Part shown: piece by piece, positions 23,991 to 33,259 of the stretch | Layout of the letters: each line of letters opens with the position of its first letter | How positions within the stretch are numbered: the stretch's first letter is position 1 | Assembly: GCA_021399395.1 (NCBI GenBank) | Contig: JAAFKJ010000070.1 | Span: forward strand, 1-34,207 | Reading direction: 5' to 3' | Length of the DNA: 34,207 nt | Source of the DNA: Candidatus Heimdallarchaeota archaeon | GTDB lineage: Archaea > Asgardarchaeota > Heimdallarchaeia > Heimdallarchaeales > Heimdallarchaeaceae | The notes under the pieces: generated by a model | Database searches by the model: none | Told to the model about the DNA's origin: nothing | Seen by the model: only the letters and a program-made list of their open reading frames with translations | Translations under genes and position numbers: made by a program

Positions 23991-25382
23991 ATGCAACCTA
24001 AAGAGTATGATTTTTGTCATTTGAACAGAAAAAATAGACTAGCTGGAACAGCAAATGAACTTTCACCAGATCAAGCTTCTTTGCTTGGAGAAATTCTCGG
24101 AATATATTTAGGAGGTGAAGAAGCAGTAGTTGTATCAGCAAGAGATTATAGAAAAGACACTCGAATGATTAGCCGAGCATTCAATGCAGGATTAATTAGT
24201 GTAGGGACAACTGTTTTTGAGTTACACGCATGCTCTTTACCAGTAGTTCAATTTGCTTTACGAAGATTTAGCGCTCATGCAGGGGTTCATATGGCTGCAG
24301 CCCATAGAACAGCTGATAAAATAAACATTCGAATCTTCGATCAAACAGGCATTGAGATTCCTTTCACTGATATATACTCTAAAAATAAGATCAACAAAAA
24401 ACCTATTGTAAGGGCACCTCCTGACAAAATCGCAGATATTCTCTCTGTGAAACAAGCCAATGATCTCTATAGAGCAGCATTAAGTTCAGCCTTAGGTACT
24501 GAAGTTTTAAGACAACAAAATTTTTCTGTTGTAATTGATTGTGCTTTTGGACCAGTAGCTGAAGTATTTCCAAATATATTGGTACAGAATGGATGTAATG
24601 TTCTGGCATTGAATGCTTTCAAACCAGAAAATATTCCCGCATCTCTCCCGAATCCTACATCACTGTCTATCCTTTCAAGAACCATAGTTGCTGCAAATGG
24701 CGATCTGGGGATAGCTTTTGACCCAAGTGGTTCCAGAGCAATTTACTTGGATGAACATGGGAGAATTATTGATCCTTGCGTAATTGTATCAGTTTTACTA
24801 CAGGATAAGATGATTGGAAGAAAACAAGGGAAAGTAGTTCTATCTAATACTTTGTGGATGATGGAAAAATGGTTAAACAATCACAATATTGATGTTCATT
24901 TTACAAGTGAGTATCCGGGTGAAATTTCCCGAACAATACAGTTTCAAAGAGCAATTTTTGGAGCAAATGAACAAGGAAATTATATTCACCCAACTATTTC
25001 AAATGGGTCGGAACCATTCGCATCAACAATGCTACTTCTCTCATCTTTTGCTCGGGATGAGAAACATAAATACATCTCTACATTTGTTGAAGATCGAGAT
25101 ATTTGCTCTAAAGAAATTTATGAGGACAAACCATACTCATTGGTTTCCAATCCAGATTTGTTCTTGAAAAAGATCTATGAGAAAGATAACGAAAACAAGA
25201 TTATAAATACTCTAAATGGTGTCAAAATAATTCATGATGAAAGGAAATGGAGTCACATTTTTAGTACCATAATTCCTTCTAAACTGAAGATTAGAGTGTG
25301 CGCAGAGAACAAAGAAGAGAGAGAATCAATCATGAGTGAAACTATGATGATGGTTGAGAATCTTGATGGTGAACTATCTTGA
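23991..25382 (+). CDS. Phosphohexomutase (PMM/PGM)-fold protein with degenerate catalytic motifs
   Basis: ARDYR, VVIDCAFG, GDLGIAFD and AIFGA are present, but the phospho-Ser loop (T-A-S-H-N) reads AAAHR and the metal loop (DxDxDR) reads DPSGSR. Confidence 0.85.
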   Translation: MQPKEYDFCHLNRKNRLAGTANELSPDQASLLGEILGIYLGGEEAVVVSARDYRKDTRMISRAFNAGLISVGTTVFELHACSLPVVQFALRRFSAHAGVHMAAAHRTADKINIRIFDQTGIEIPFTDIYSKNKINKKPIVRAPPDKIADILSVKQANDLYRAALSSALGTEVLRQQNFSVVIDCAFGPVAEVFPNILVQNGCNVLALNAFKPENIPASLPNPTSLSILSRTIVAANGDLGIAFDPSGSRAIYLDEHGRIIDPCVIVSVLLQDKMIGRKQGKVVLSNTLWMMEKWLNNHNIDVHFTSEYPGEISRTIQFQRAIFGANEQGNYIHPTISNGSEPFASTMLLLSSFARDEKHKYISTFVEDRDICSKEIYEDKPYSLVSNPDLFLKKIYEKDNENKIINTLNGVKIIHDERKWSHIFSTIIPSKLKIRVCAENKEERESIMSETMMMVENLDGELS

Positions 25383-25528
25383 AAAAGGGAAAGAACAAAG
25401 AACCAGTTGAAGAGAGTATCAATGTTTGTCTGAAATGTGGAAAACCTATTGTTAGGAAAGAGAAGTTTTGTATGCAATGCGGGATAGTAATAAATTTACG
25501 ACTTCATTATCCACATAATCTTATCTAA
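25379..25528 (+). CDS. Small (49 aa) zinc-ribbon protein missing from the ORF track
   Basis: TTG start overlapping the upstream TGA (TTGA), SD GGTGA at 25368-25372. Translation: MKKGKNKEPVEESINVCLKCGKPIVRKEKFCMQCGIVINLRLHYPHNLI. Confidence 0.72.
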   Translation: MKKGKNKEPVEESINVCLKCGKPIVRKEKFCMQCGIVINLRLHYPHNLI

Positions 25529-25586
25529 TCAACTTTTTTATTCAATTTCGAAAACATTAAAGAATGAGTAATTTTAGCACATATCA

Positions 25587-27308
25587 ATGACTAAAGGTTA
25601 TCTCAGTTTTGTTCTACATGGTCACATGCCTTGGGTGCTCGAGCAAGGTACATGGCCTCATGGAGAAGTATGGTTACATGAAGCAGCTGCAGAAACATAT
25701 ACTCCTACTCTAAGCATGCTAACTAATCTACACGAAAAAAAAGGTTATACCAATATGTTAACAATAGGTATGACTCCTGTGCTCACTGAACAACTAGCTC
25801 ATCCAAGTTTCAAAGCTGGATTTGAAACTTATCTTAATGACAGAATTGAACAGAGTTACAAAGATAAAGAACACTTTAATTGGGTAGGGGATAAAGATAT
25901 TGCACAATTAGCAGAGCGTTGGATAAGCTACTACTCATCTGTCAAGGAACAGTTCGTAGAGCGATTTGACAGAAACATAATCGAAGGTTACAAAAGACTA
26001 CAAGATAAGGGAGCAATAGAGATAATCACCAGTGGAATTACACATGGATACCTTCCCTTGTTAGGAAAAGAAGAGACTGTAAATGCACAGATTAAAGGTG
26101 GACAAAGTATCTACAAATACAGATATGGTGGGAATGATTCGGTAGGAATGTGGTTACCTGAACTAGCTTATCGTCCAGAATATAGGTGGAGGAATCCTAT
26201 TACAGATGAGGAGTTTGATAGAAAGGGAATCGAGCATTATCTAGCTAAGCACAACATTCGCTATTTCCTTGTTGATACTCCATTATTAAGAGGAGGAGAA
26301 AGCATAGGAACCTATCTAGATAAATTTGATGCGTTGAAGAAATTGTGGACACAATTTGAGAAACAGAAACCAGATCTAGAAGACAAAGATTATTCACTCT
26401 TCAGACCCTATCTAGCAGGAGGAACAGAAGATTATGATAATAAGGTCAGTTTCTTCACAAGAGATGATAAAACAGGAATACTTGTCTGGTCAGGTGATAT
26501 AGGTTTTCCAGGAGATGGGAACTATTTAGAATTTCATAAGAAGCACTGGCCTTCCGGTAACAGGTACTGGAAAGTGACAGGCAAAGATGTTGATCTGGGA
26601 GAAAAAGAAGTCTATAACCACAGTAAAATTGTCGAAAGATTAGATGAAAATTCAGAACATTTCTTCAAAGTAGCTAAAGAGAGTATCCTTCAGAATTATA
26701 CTGAATCAGGAATACCAGGGATAGTAGTCTGTCCATACGATTTCGAACTCTTCGGGCATTGGTGGTTTGAGGCTGTGGGCTTTCTAGAGCGAATAATCAC
26801 CAAAGTAAATGAAGATGAAGATATTGCAACAACTACAACCAGAAACTATTTGGAAAAATATCCTCCAAGTGAAGATATCTATGTTCCTCTTCCGGAGGGA
26901 TCTTGGGGAAAAGGTAATTTCCACTGGATATGGCTGAATGATGATACAACTGCTAGTTGGAAATATATTTACGAATGTGAAGACCTCTATCTTAAAGCTT
27001 TGAAAGAATTCAAAGAGACTCATTATAGCGATTTCAATTTAGCAAAAAGATTGATCAATCAACTTGGACGAGAGTTATTCTTGCTTTCATCTTCAGATTG
27101 GACGTTTTTAATCTCAACATGGTCTGCAAGAGACTATGCCGAGGTTAGAATAAAACTACATTATGATAATTTCAAGAAATTATATGTCTTACTTAAACAA
27201 TACAAAGATGGTAAGATAAACAATCAAGCTATTCAACTTTTAGAAAAAATTGAGAAGGAAGATAGCATAGCTTGGGAACAAGATGTCTATAAGTGGTTTG
27301 AGCTTTAG
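25587..27308 (+). CDS. GH57 1,4-alpha-glucan branching enzyme (DUF1957 type)
   Basis: LHGHMPWV, WLHEAAAETY, THGYLPLL, nucleophile WLPELAY, acid/base PYDFELFGHWWFE, EGSWG, SSDWTF. Confidence 0.92.
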   Translation: MTKGYLSFVLHGHMPWVLEQGTWPHGEVWLHEAAAETYTPTLSMLTNLHEKKGYTNMLTIGMTPVLTEQLAHPSFKAGFETYLNDRIEQSYKDKEHFNWVGDKDIAQLAERWISYYSSVKEQFVERFDRNIIEGYKRLQDKGAIEIITSGITHGYLPLLGKEETVNAQIKGGQSIYKYRYGGNDSVGMWLPELAYRPEYRWRNPITDEEFDRKGIEHYLAKHNIRYFLVDTPLLRGGESIGTYLDKFDALKKLWTQFEKQKPDLEDKDYSLFRPYLAGGTEDYDNKVSFFTRDDKTGILVWSGDIGFPGDGNYLEFHKKHWPSGNRYWKVTGKDVDLGEKEVYNHSKIVERLDENSEHFFKVAKESILQNYTESGIPGIVVCPYDFELFGHWWFEAVGFLERIITKVNEDEDIATTTTRNYLEKYPPSEDIYVPLPEGSWGKGNFHWIWLNDDTTASWKYIYECEDLYLKALKEFKETHYSDFNLAKRLINQLGRELFLLSSSDWTFLISTWSARDYAEVRIKLHYDNFKKLYVLLKQYKDGKINNQAIQLLEKIEKEDSIAWEQDVYKWFEL

Positions 27309-28480
27309 CCAAACAATATTCTCTTCTTTTTTCTAGTTATGATTAAGATTACTACGATTCCAAAAAGACTTAGCAAGGGATAATTTCCATTATCAGCAGG
27401 TGTAGTTATCGTAACTGCTATTTCATAAGTTTCTATCAAGATAAGATTGTTAATGTCTGATACATCTAGTACAGAAATTCTGGCATCTGAGTGTGACAAA
27501 TAAATAAGATCATTCACACTGTCTACATAGAAATCTTCTGTCATAGTCTCTATAGCGATATAATTATTTATTTCAAGAAAGGTTGAGGGTTCTGTTATAT
27601 TTATTATTCTTAGTCCATACTCAAAATTAATGTGATTTGAAGTTATCAAATATGCATGATTCCCCTCAATATATACTTCACTTACTATTGTAAGAGTTGT
27701 TACATTGAACCTTCCTAAAACACTAATATCCGATGGATCAGAGATATCAAGAGCAACTAACCCGCTTGTATCAGCTGCAATATATGCTATGTCATCGACA
27801 ATTTCAATGCTTTGAACATGCAGTGACTCCGATGTACCTGGAAATTCAGTATAAGTGTATAATTGTGCGGGATTAGATTTATCAGATAAATCGAAAACAG
27901 TTATACCAGATGCGTACCCAACAAGAAAAGCAAAATTATCTTTGATTGCTATATCTCTAGAATCAATAAAATCGAGGGCGGGGTTTGTATCTTTTGCAGT
28001 TCGGGAAAGAACTATCGGTGTAGTTGGATCTGATACATCAATAATAGCAAAACCTTCACCATTAATATCAATATAAGCTATCTCATTTTGAATGGTTAAA
28101 AATCTAGTAATATTAGCTAAATCATAAATCTTTGAAAGCGGTGAAATACTACTTGTACTGCCTGAAATGTCAAAAATTACTAATCCACTCTCTCCAGATG
28201 CTGCATATAGATAGTTTTCATTAATCACAAGTTCAATGAAGTTACCAGTATCATCATTAAATCTTCCCAGATTTTCTAAATTATACGGATCACTTACATC
28301 TATGAGCTCAATTCCACCTGTACGTTCTGCAACATAGGCAATATCCTCCTTAACCTCTATTGATGCTGCAGGATATGTTAATATTTCTGCTGTAGTTGTG
28401 GTGTTCATCAGCGAAATTAACTGGAAGGTAAAAATTAGAATAAATACAATTAATATTATAGCTCTTTTCTTCTTTTTCAT
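27305..28480 (-). CDS. Secreted LVIVD-repeat beta-propeller protein with C-terminal anchor
   Basis: Repeated AYVA...GI..IDVSDP units, N-terminal signal, C-terminal TM followed by RKKKR. Confidence 0.88.
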   Translation of the reverse strand: MKKKKRAIILIVFILIFTFQLISLMNTTTTAEILTYPAASIEVKEDIAYVAERTGGIELIDVSDPYNLENLGRFNDDTGNFIELVINENYLYAASGESGLVIFDISGSTSSISPLSKIYDLANITRFLTIQNEIAYIDINGEGFAIIDVSDPTTPIVLSRTAKDTNPALDFIDSRDIAIKDNFAFLVGYASGITVFDLSDKSNPAQLYTYTEFPGTSESLHVQSIEIVDDIAYIAADTSGLVALDISDPSDISVLGRFNVTTLTIVSEVYIEGNHAYLITSNHINFEYGLRIINITEPSTFLEINNYIAIETMTEDFYVDSVNDLIYLSHSDARISVLDVSDINNLILIETYEIAVTITTPADNGNYPLLSLFGIVVILIITRKKKRILFG

Positions 28481-28618
28481 TATTCACTCACATTTCCTAA
28501 ATCTATAACATTTGATAGGTTCAAATAGTACACTGGAGAAAATATAAAAGGATTCGGTTGTTAAAGAATCTAAGTTAATAGTTGATAAAAAATGAAGAAC
28601 GAGGAAAATAGATTGTTT

Positions 28619-30088
28619 CTATTTTTTCTTCCATCTCTTTTTTAGTGCTTGTTCATAGACTTTCTGCCATTTCTTAGCTGCATTATTCCACGAGAAATCA
28701 ATATTCATTACTCTCTTTTGTAATTTGATAAAAGATGGTTGATCGTTATGATATAGACTTACTGCAAGTTCTACTGCTTCAAAGAACTCATCTGCTTTGG
28801 CATTCTCAAAAACAAATCCATTCCCATTAGCTTGATCATCAACATAATCAGTTACCGTATCTGATAATCCTCCTGTATTCCTGACGATAGGTATTGTTCC
28901 ATAAGCCATTGAATACATTTGATTCAACCCACAAGGTTCATAGATACTTGGCATTAAGAAGAAATCTGATGCAGCTTCAATTTGATGTGCTAAACGGTTA
29001 TCAAACTCTATATTTATTGAACAATCTTCAGGATACTTCTTCTCTTTTGATTTGAATCTCTTTTCTAGTTTTGGATCTCCTGTTCCTAATAGAATAAATT
29101 GAACTTTCAGGTCCATGATAGCATCAAATTTTTTCATTATCATGTTCAGTCCTTTTTGTGATGCAATTCTAGTTATTATTCCAAGAATAGGTTTATCTGA
29201 AACATCTAAGTTTAGTTTATCTTGTAGATAACTCTTACATTCTGCTTTGCCCTTCAACTTGTGAACATCGTAATTCTTGACAATGAGGGGGTCTACTTTA
29301 GGATTCCAGATAGTTAAGTCGATTCCATGAACAATTCCGTAGAGATCATCCTTACGAGTTTCAATGAATTTTTCTAACCCAAATCCATATTTCTTGGTCT
29401 GAATTTCTTCAGCATATTTAGAACTAACAGTTGTCAGAATATCAGTGTAAACGACTGCTGCTTTCATGAAGTTAATTTGGTCATTGAAACCAAGAAAATC
29501 GTCGGTGTAGTAAATTTCAGGGATATTAGCATCTGCTAATTTCTCAAGAGGATAAATACCTTGATACCCTATATTATGAATGGTATAAACTGATTTTGTT
29601 TTACTAAATAGTGGTTTTTCAACATATTGTGTTTTCAACAAAAATGGTACTAAACCTGTATGCCAGTCATTTGCATGTATGATGTCAGGAGCAAAATCAA
29701 GTAACTCAAGAGAAGTGAAAACTGACTGCGAAAAGCTGAAGAATCTCATTGCACTATCTGCATAATCCTCTCCTGTTTCTTCATCTACGTAAATACCCTC
29801 TCTAAAGAGATATTTGTTCTTGATGAAGTAAACCTGAACCAAACTGTCAGGGAGTGTTGATTCATATAGTTCAAAAACTTCTAACCCATCACCTACGGGG
29901 GCTACAAGATCCTTTTTGACCAACTTGATGTTGTGTGCTTCTAAATTGATTTTCTTATACAACGGTGTAAAGATTACTATATTATGTCCCAATTCTTTCA
30001 TAGCTTTTGGAAAAGCTGCAGAAACATCTCCTAAACCACCTGTTTTGGAGAAAGGAACTACTTCAGCTGAAATAAATACTATGTTCAT
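28619..30088 (-). CDS. glgA: Glycogen synthase (GT5, bacterial-type)
   Basis: FSKTGGLGDV, IHANDWHT, TIHNIGYQG, TRIASQKG, MPSIYEPCGLNQM, TGGLSDTV. Confidence 0.96.
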   Translation of the reverse strand: MNIVFISAEVVPFSKTGGLGDVSAAFPKAMKELGHNIVIFTPLYKKINLEAHNIKLVKKDLVAPVGDGLEVFELYESTLPDSLVQVYFIKNKYLFREGIYVDEETGEDYADSAMRFFSFSQSVFTSLELLDFAPDIIHANDWHTGLVPFLLKTQYVEKPLFSKTKSVYTIHNIGYQGIYPLEKLADANIPEIYYTDDFLGFNDQINFMKAAVVYTDILTTVSSKYAEEIQTKKYGFGLEKFIETRKDDLYGIVHGIDLTIWNPKVDPLIVKNYDVHKLKGKAECKSYLQDKLNLDVSDKPILGIITRIASQKGLNMIMKKFDAIMDLKVQFILLGTGDPKLEKRFKSKEKKYPEDCSINIEFDNRLAHQIEAASDFFLMPSIYEPCGLNQMYSMAYGTIPIVRNTGGLSDTVTDYVDDQANGNGFVFENAKADEFFEAVELAVSLYHNDQPSFIKLQKRVMNIDFSWNNAAKKWQKVYEQALKKRWKKK

Positions 30089-31232
30089 TTTTATCCTCTA
30101 ATTGTGATGCTATATCTACTATCTTTTGAATTATGTCATTTGAGAGATTTAAAATTATTTGTTGCGAGTCCTTCGAGAGATCTTCAATCATATTGGCTAG
30201 AGCATTTCTCTGATATTTCAATCCCGTATGAATTAATTCAGGTGACCACCAATCTTTTGATGCCCACCAAAATTGGCAAGAATAATAAGCTGCATGATAC
30301 TCATCAATCCAATCTCCTTCAAGTAAGAAGCGCTTGATTTGGTGAAGTAATCGAAGGTGAGTGTGTTGAAGTTGATGGACAGAATTGTAAGGGTGATTCC
30401 ACAATGGATAGGGAACGAAAGCTTCTATATCAGCTTGGGTTGTTGACCAAGAAGAAGGAATGAAAACGTCACTAACTTGTTCTATTGGAAATCTATTCAA
30501 ACAGCTGGATAATGTCATTGTTTCTATTTGATCTGCGAGATTAAAGAAATAATAATAATATTCAGCCATATGCTCTCCGAATGTTTCTAAATCCATCGCC
30601 ATTATGATTGGCAAATTGGTTTGTCTGTATTGAATTTCTAAGTCTATGACACAGTGTGATATATTTCGATTATAATGGTTAAATGAAATCTTATTACTCA
30701 ATTCCTTGTTTCTTTTAATTAATTGAATTGATCTACCATCTTCCAAAATATAGCTGCAACCATATGGAACAGAATTGATATTTTCAGGAACAATTGCAGT
30801 TGTATATTCTTTATCTAGTATCTGAAGTAAAATTTCTTCAGACACCGCTAATTCAGGAGGGAAGAAAACGGTAGATTTCATCCCTAGAATATTCTGGATT
30901 ATTTCCTTTTGCTTCCCGATTTGATATTTTTGATTCTCAATAGAAATTAATGGAAGAAGAGGGTGATAAAATGCTGAGCCCATAATCTCTATTTGTCCAG
31001 CTGATATGCACTTCTCAATAAGTTCTAGAACATAGGGATATTTGGTTGCGAGAACTTCCAGAAGACATCCTGTCACATTGAGAGTAATTCTAACATTAGG
31101 TTTTTTAGATAAATTTTCGAAAAAGGGGATGTAACAATTATTAACTATTCTTTCCAAAATCTCAATTCTCTGAGTAATTGGTTGGTAAGCATGGAGTATA
31201 AAGGTAACAGGAACCTTCTCTTCTTCTGCCAT
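30063..31232 (-). CDS. GH57 glycoside hydrolase (alpha-amylase/amylopullulanase-like)
   Basis: HAYQP, FYHPLLPL, nucleophile FPPEL, acid/base MDLETFGEH, SSWS, SCQFWW. Overlaps glgA by 26 bp. Confidence 0.88.
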   Translation of the reverse strand: MAEEEKVPVTFILHAYQPITQRIEILERIVNNCYIPFFENLSKKPNVRITLNVTGCLLEVLATKYPYVLELIEKCISAGQIEIMGSAFYHPLLPLISIENQKYQIGKQKEIIQNILGMKSTVFFPPELAVSEEILLQILDKEYTTAIVPENINSVPYGCSYILEDGRSIQLIKRNKELSNKISFNHYNRNISHCVIDLEIQYRQTNLPIIMAMDLETFGEHMAEYYYYFFNLADQIETMTLSSCLNRFPIEQVSDVFIPSSWSTTQADIEAFVPYPLWNHPYNSVHQLQHTHLRLLHQIKRFLLEGDWIDEYHAAYYSCQFWWASKDWWSPELIHTGLKYQRNALANMIEDLSKDSQQIILNLSNDIIQKIVDIASQLEDKNEHSIYFS

Positions 31233-31255
31233 TAAATTGACCTCTATGTTTGGCT

Positions 31256-32452
31256 TTACTTTGTTTCTTTTAAGCTTTCTCTCATGATTTTAGCTACGTC
31301 TTCAGGAAACATAGTAGCGATTCGATAGGTTTCCATAATCTCTGCTCCACCGATTCTCTGAATGGGGATGATATCTATCATGAGGTGCATACCAGAGTTA
31401 TACCCCACGTTATCTTGCCTGAAAAGGATATTTCTATCCTGCAAAAGGTTCATGCTAGGATTAGCCATTCTTACGAAGTTGTCTAATGCTTTATTAGCTG
31501 TTACAAGAGCTTCGCCTAAACCAAGAATCTGTTTTTTATCTAATTCTACAAACTGAGCAACGTGTCTTTTAGGAATTAATCGTAATTGTCCATCTCTTTC
31601 TGGTGAAAAGGCAGTTAATACTATCCATTCATCATTTTCAAAAACTATCCTCTCTTTAACAAGAAGCTCTTGATCAATAGGATCAACAACATTGTTGTCA
31701 TTCTTTGCTACTTCACAAGCTAAACAATAATTTTCATCATTTTTGAATTTCTTATGAAAACCGGGAACACTCAAAAATCCAAGTGATGTCCAACCATGTC
31801 CTATATCATTAGCATAAATGTAAGTTTGAGAATGAAGGTGGCATATACTTGCACCTGATTCTTCTCCTATATTGAAGAAATGCATAACTGTTAGTTTCTC
31901 TGTGTTATACTTCTCTTTAAGTTCCTTGATACTATTCTTATGAACCAATTGTGTGGTTGTAAGGAGCTTAACTGCTTCTTCTACAGGCACTTCAGACAAA
32001 ACATCATAATGACTTGTTAAAAGATGAACTATACCAATTCCTACACTCTTGTTTTTAACTGAATCAATTTGTTGAGCGTTATCATACAACACTCTTGCCA
32101 TGGGAGTAAAGAGATTAACAATAGAGATAGCTGTAGAATCTTGTAAATTACCTTTAGTCGAATTAACACTTAATGAATGCTCTGCAATCTTATCATCTTT
32201 GGATAAAATAACTGCTGGTAGTTCACCTTTGACTACTCTGCAGAATGAATCACTTGTTGGAGATTGTAAACATATTTCCTCTTCTTCACTTTCTTCGTGT
32301 TCAAAAGGACGCTTCCCTCTAATAGGAGAAAATTGTGTCACATGTCCAACTTTAGTGTTGAACTCATTTACTACTGTTCTAAAGGGATCAAACCTCTCTA
32401 AAGGCATATTTTCAATGTTTTTGTAGATTCCCCAATAACCTTCTTCTGCCAA
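31256..32452 (-). CDS. GalT-like HIT-superfamily nucleotidyltransferase (possible ADP-glucose:phosphate adenylyltransferase)
   Basis: R..RP near the N-terminus, catalytic GASICHLHSQ (HxHxQ), CLAC, IPKRH, PEDVAK.MR. TTG start after SD GGTGA. Confidence 0.8.
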   Translation of the reverse strand: MAEEGYWGIYKNIENMPLERFDPFRTVVNEFNTKVGHVTQFSPIRGKRPFEHEESEEEEICLQSPTSDSFCRVVKGELPAVILSKDDKIAEHSLSVNSTKGNLQDSTAISIVNLFTPMARVLYDNAQQIDSVKNKSVGIGIVHLLTSHYDVLSEVPVEEAVKLLTTTQLVHKNSIKELKEKYNTEKLTVMHFFNIGEESGASICHLHSQTYIYANDIGHGWTSLGFLSVPGFHKKFKNDENYCLACEVAKNDNNVVDPIDQELLVKERIVFENDEWIVLTAFSPERDGQLRLIPKRHVAQFVELDKKQILGLGEALVTANKALDNFVRMANPSMNLLQDRNILFRQDNVGYNSGMHLMIDIIPIQRIGGAEIMETYRIATMFPEDVAKIMRESLKETK

Positions 32453-32594
32453 ATTAATTCACCATAAACAAGCTCTGCTCCAAAAGAATAGTTCTTAAAA
32501 TTGACGATAGGACTCAAAAAATGATATGCATTTCTTGAAAAATTCTACCTTTCTACATTAAATAACATTTTTAAAGAAAAGAGTTTTATCTATT

Positions 32595-33251
32595 ATGCTA
32601 ACGACAGTGAGTAACATGATTGGAAAAACTCAATCCCTGCAACCTATTCTTTTCAAAAAAATGATGATTAAAAGTGAGAAGCACATCGCTCTTGAAAAAG
32701 AAAATATCAATGCGATAAATGTTTTTCCAATACCTGATGGAGACACAGGGTCTAATATTTATTATACGTTACAAGCAATAGTGAAAGAAGTTGCAGAGAT
32801 ATCTGAAGGGAATGGTGACAAAATCTTTCATGCAATAAGTAAGGGGAGCTTTGTAGGAGCAAAAGGAAATTCGGGAGTAATATATTCACAGTTTCTCATA
32901 GGTGTTGTAGAGCACCTAGATAAAGCACTATCAATAACACCAATAACATTTACAGAAGCTTTGAAAGAAGGAACAGAGTTTGCATATGAATCAGTTCTGA
33001 ATCCAACAGAAGGAACAATACTCACAGTAATGAAAGCAGTTACTGACAAAGCAGTAGATCTAATCACAGAAAATCCAGCAATTGATTGGATAGAATATAT
33101 CAACGAATTAGTAGATGCAAGCAACATCACTCTAAAACTAACAAAAGAAATGTTAGATGTTTTGAAGGAAGCAAACGTAGTAGATGCAGGAGCTAAAGGG
33201 TTTGTGCATATACTAGAATCGTGGAGAGATATAATAGTAGATAGTGAGTAA
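32595..33251 (+). CDS. Stand-alone DAK2/DhaL domain of fatty-acid-kinase FakA type
   Basis: INVFPIPDGDTGSN, GAKGNSGVIYSQF, PTEGTILTV, VVDAGAKG. Alternative start ATG 32616. Confidence 0.88.
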   Translation: MLTTVSNMIGKTQSLQPILFKKMMIKSEKHIALEKENINAINVFPIPDGDTGSNIYYTLQAIVKEVAEISEGNGDKIFHAISKGSFVGAKGNSGVIYSQFLIGVVEHLDKALSITPITFTEALKEGTEFAYESVLNPTEGTILTVMKAVTDKAVDLITENPAIDWIEYINELVDASNITLKLTKEMLDVLKEANVVDAGAKGFVHILESWRDIIVDSE

Positions 33252-33259
33252 GAACTATC

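Noticed and set aside
2539-33130. Remaining short (60-131 aa) ORFs nested in or antisense to long genes
   Set aside because: They have no recognisable motifs and are explained as shadows of well-supported CDSs.
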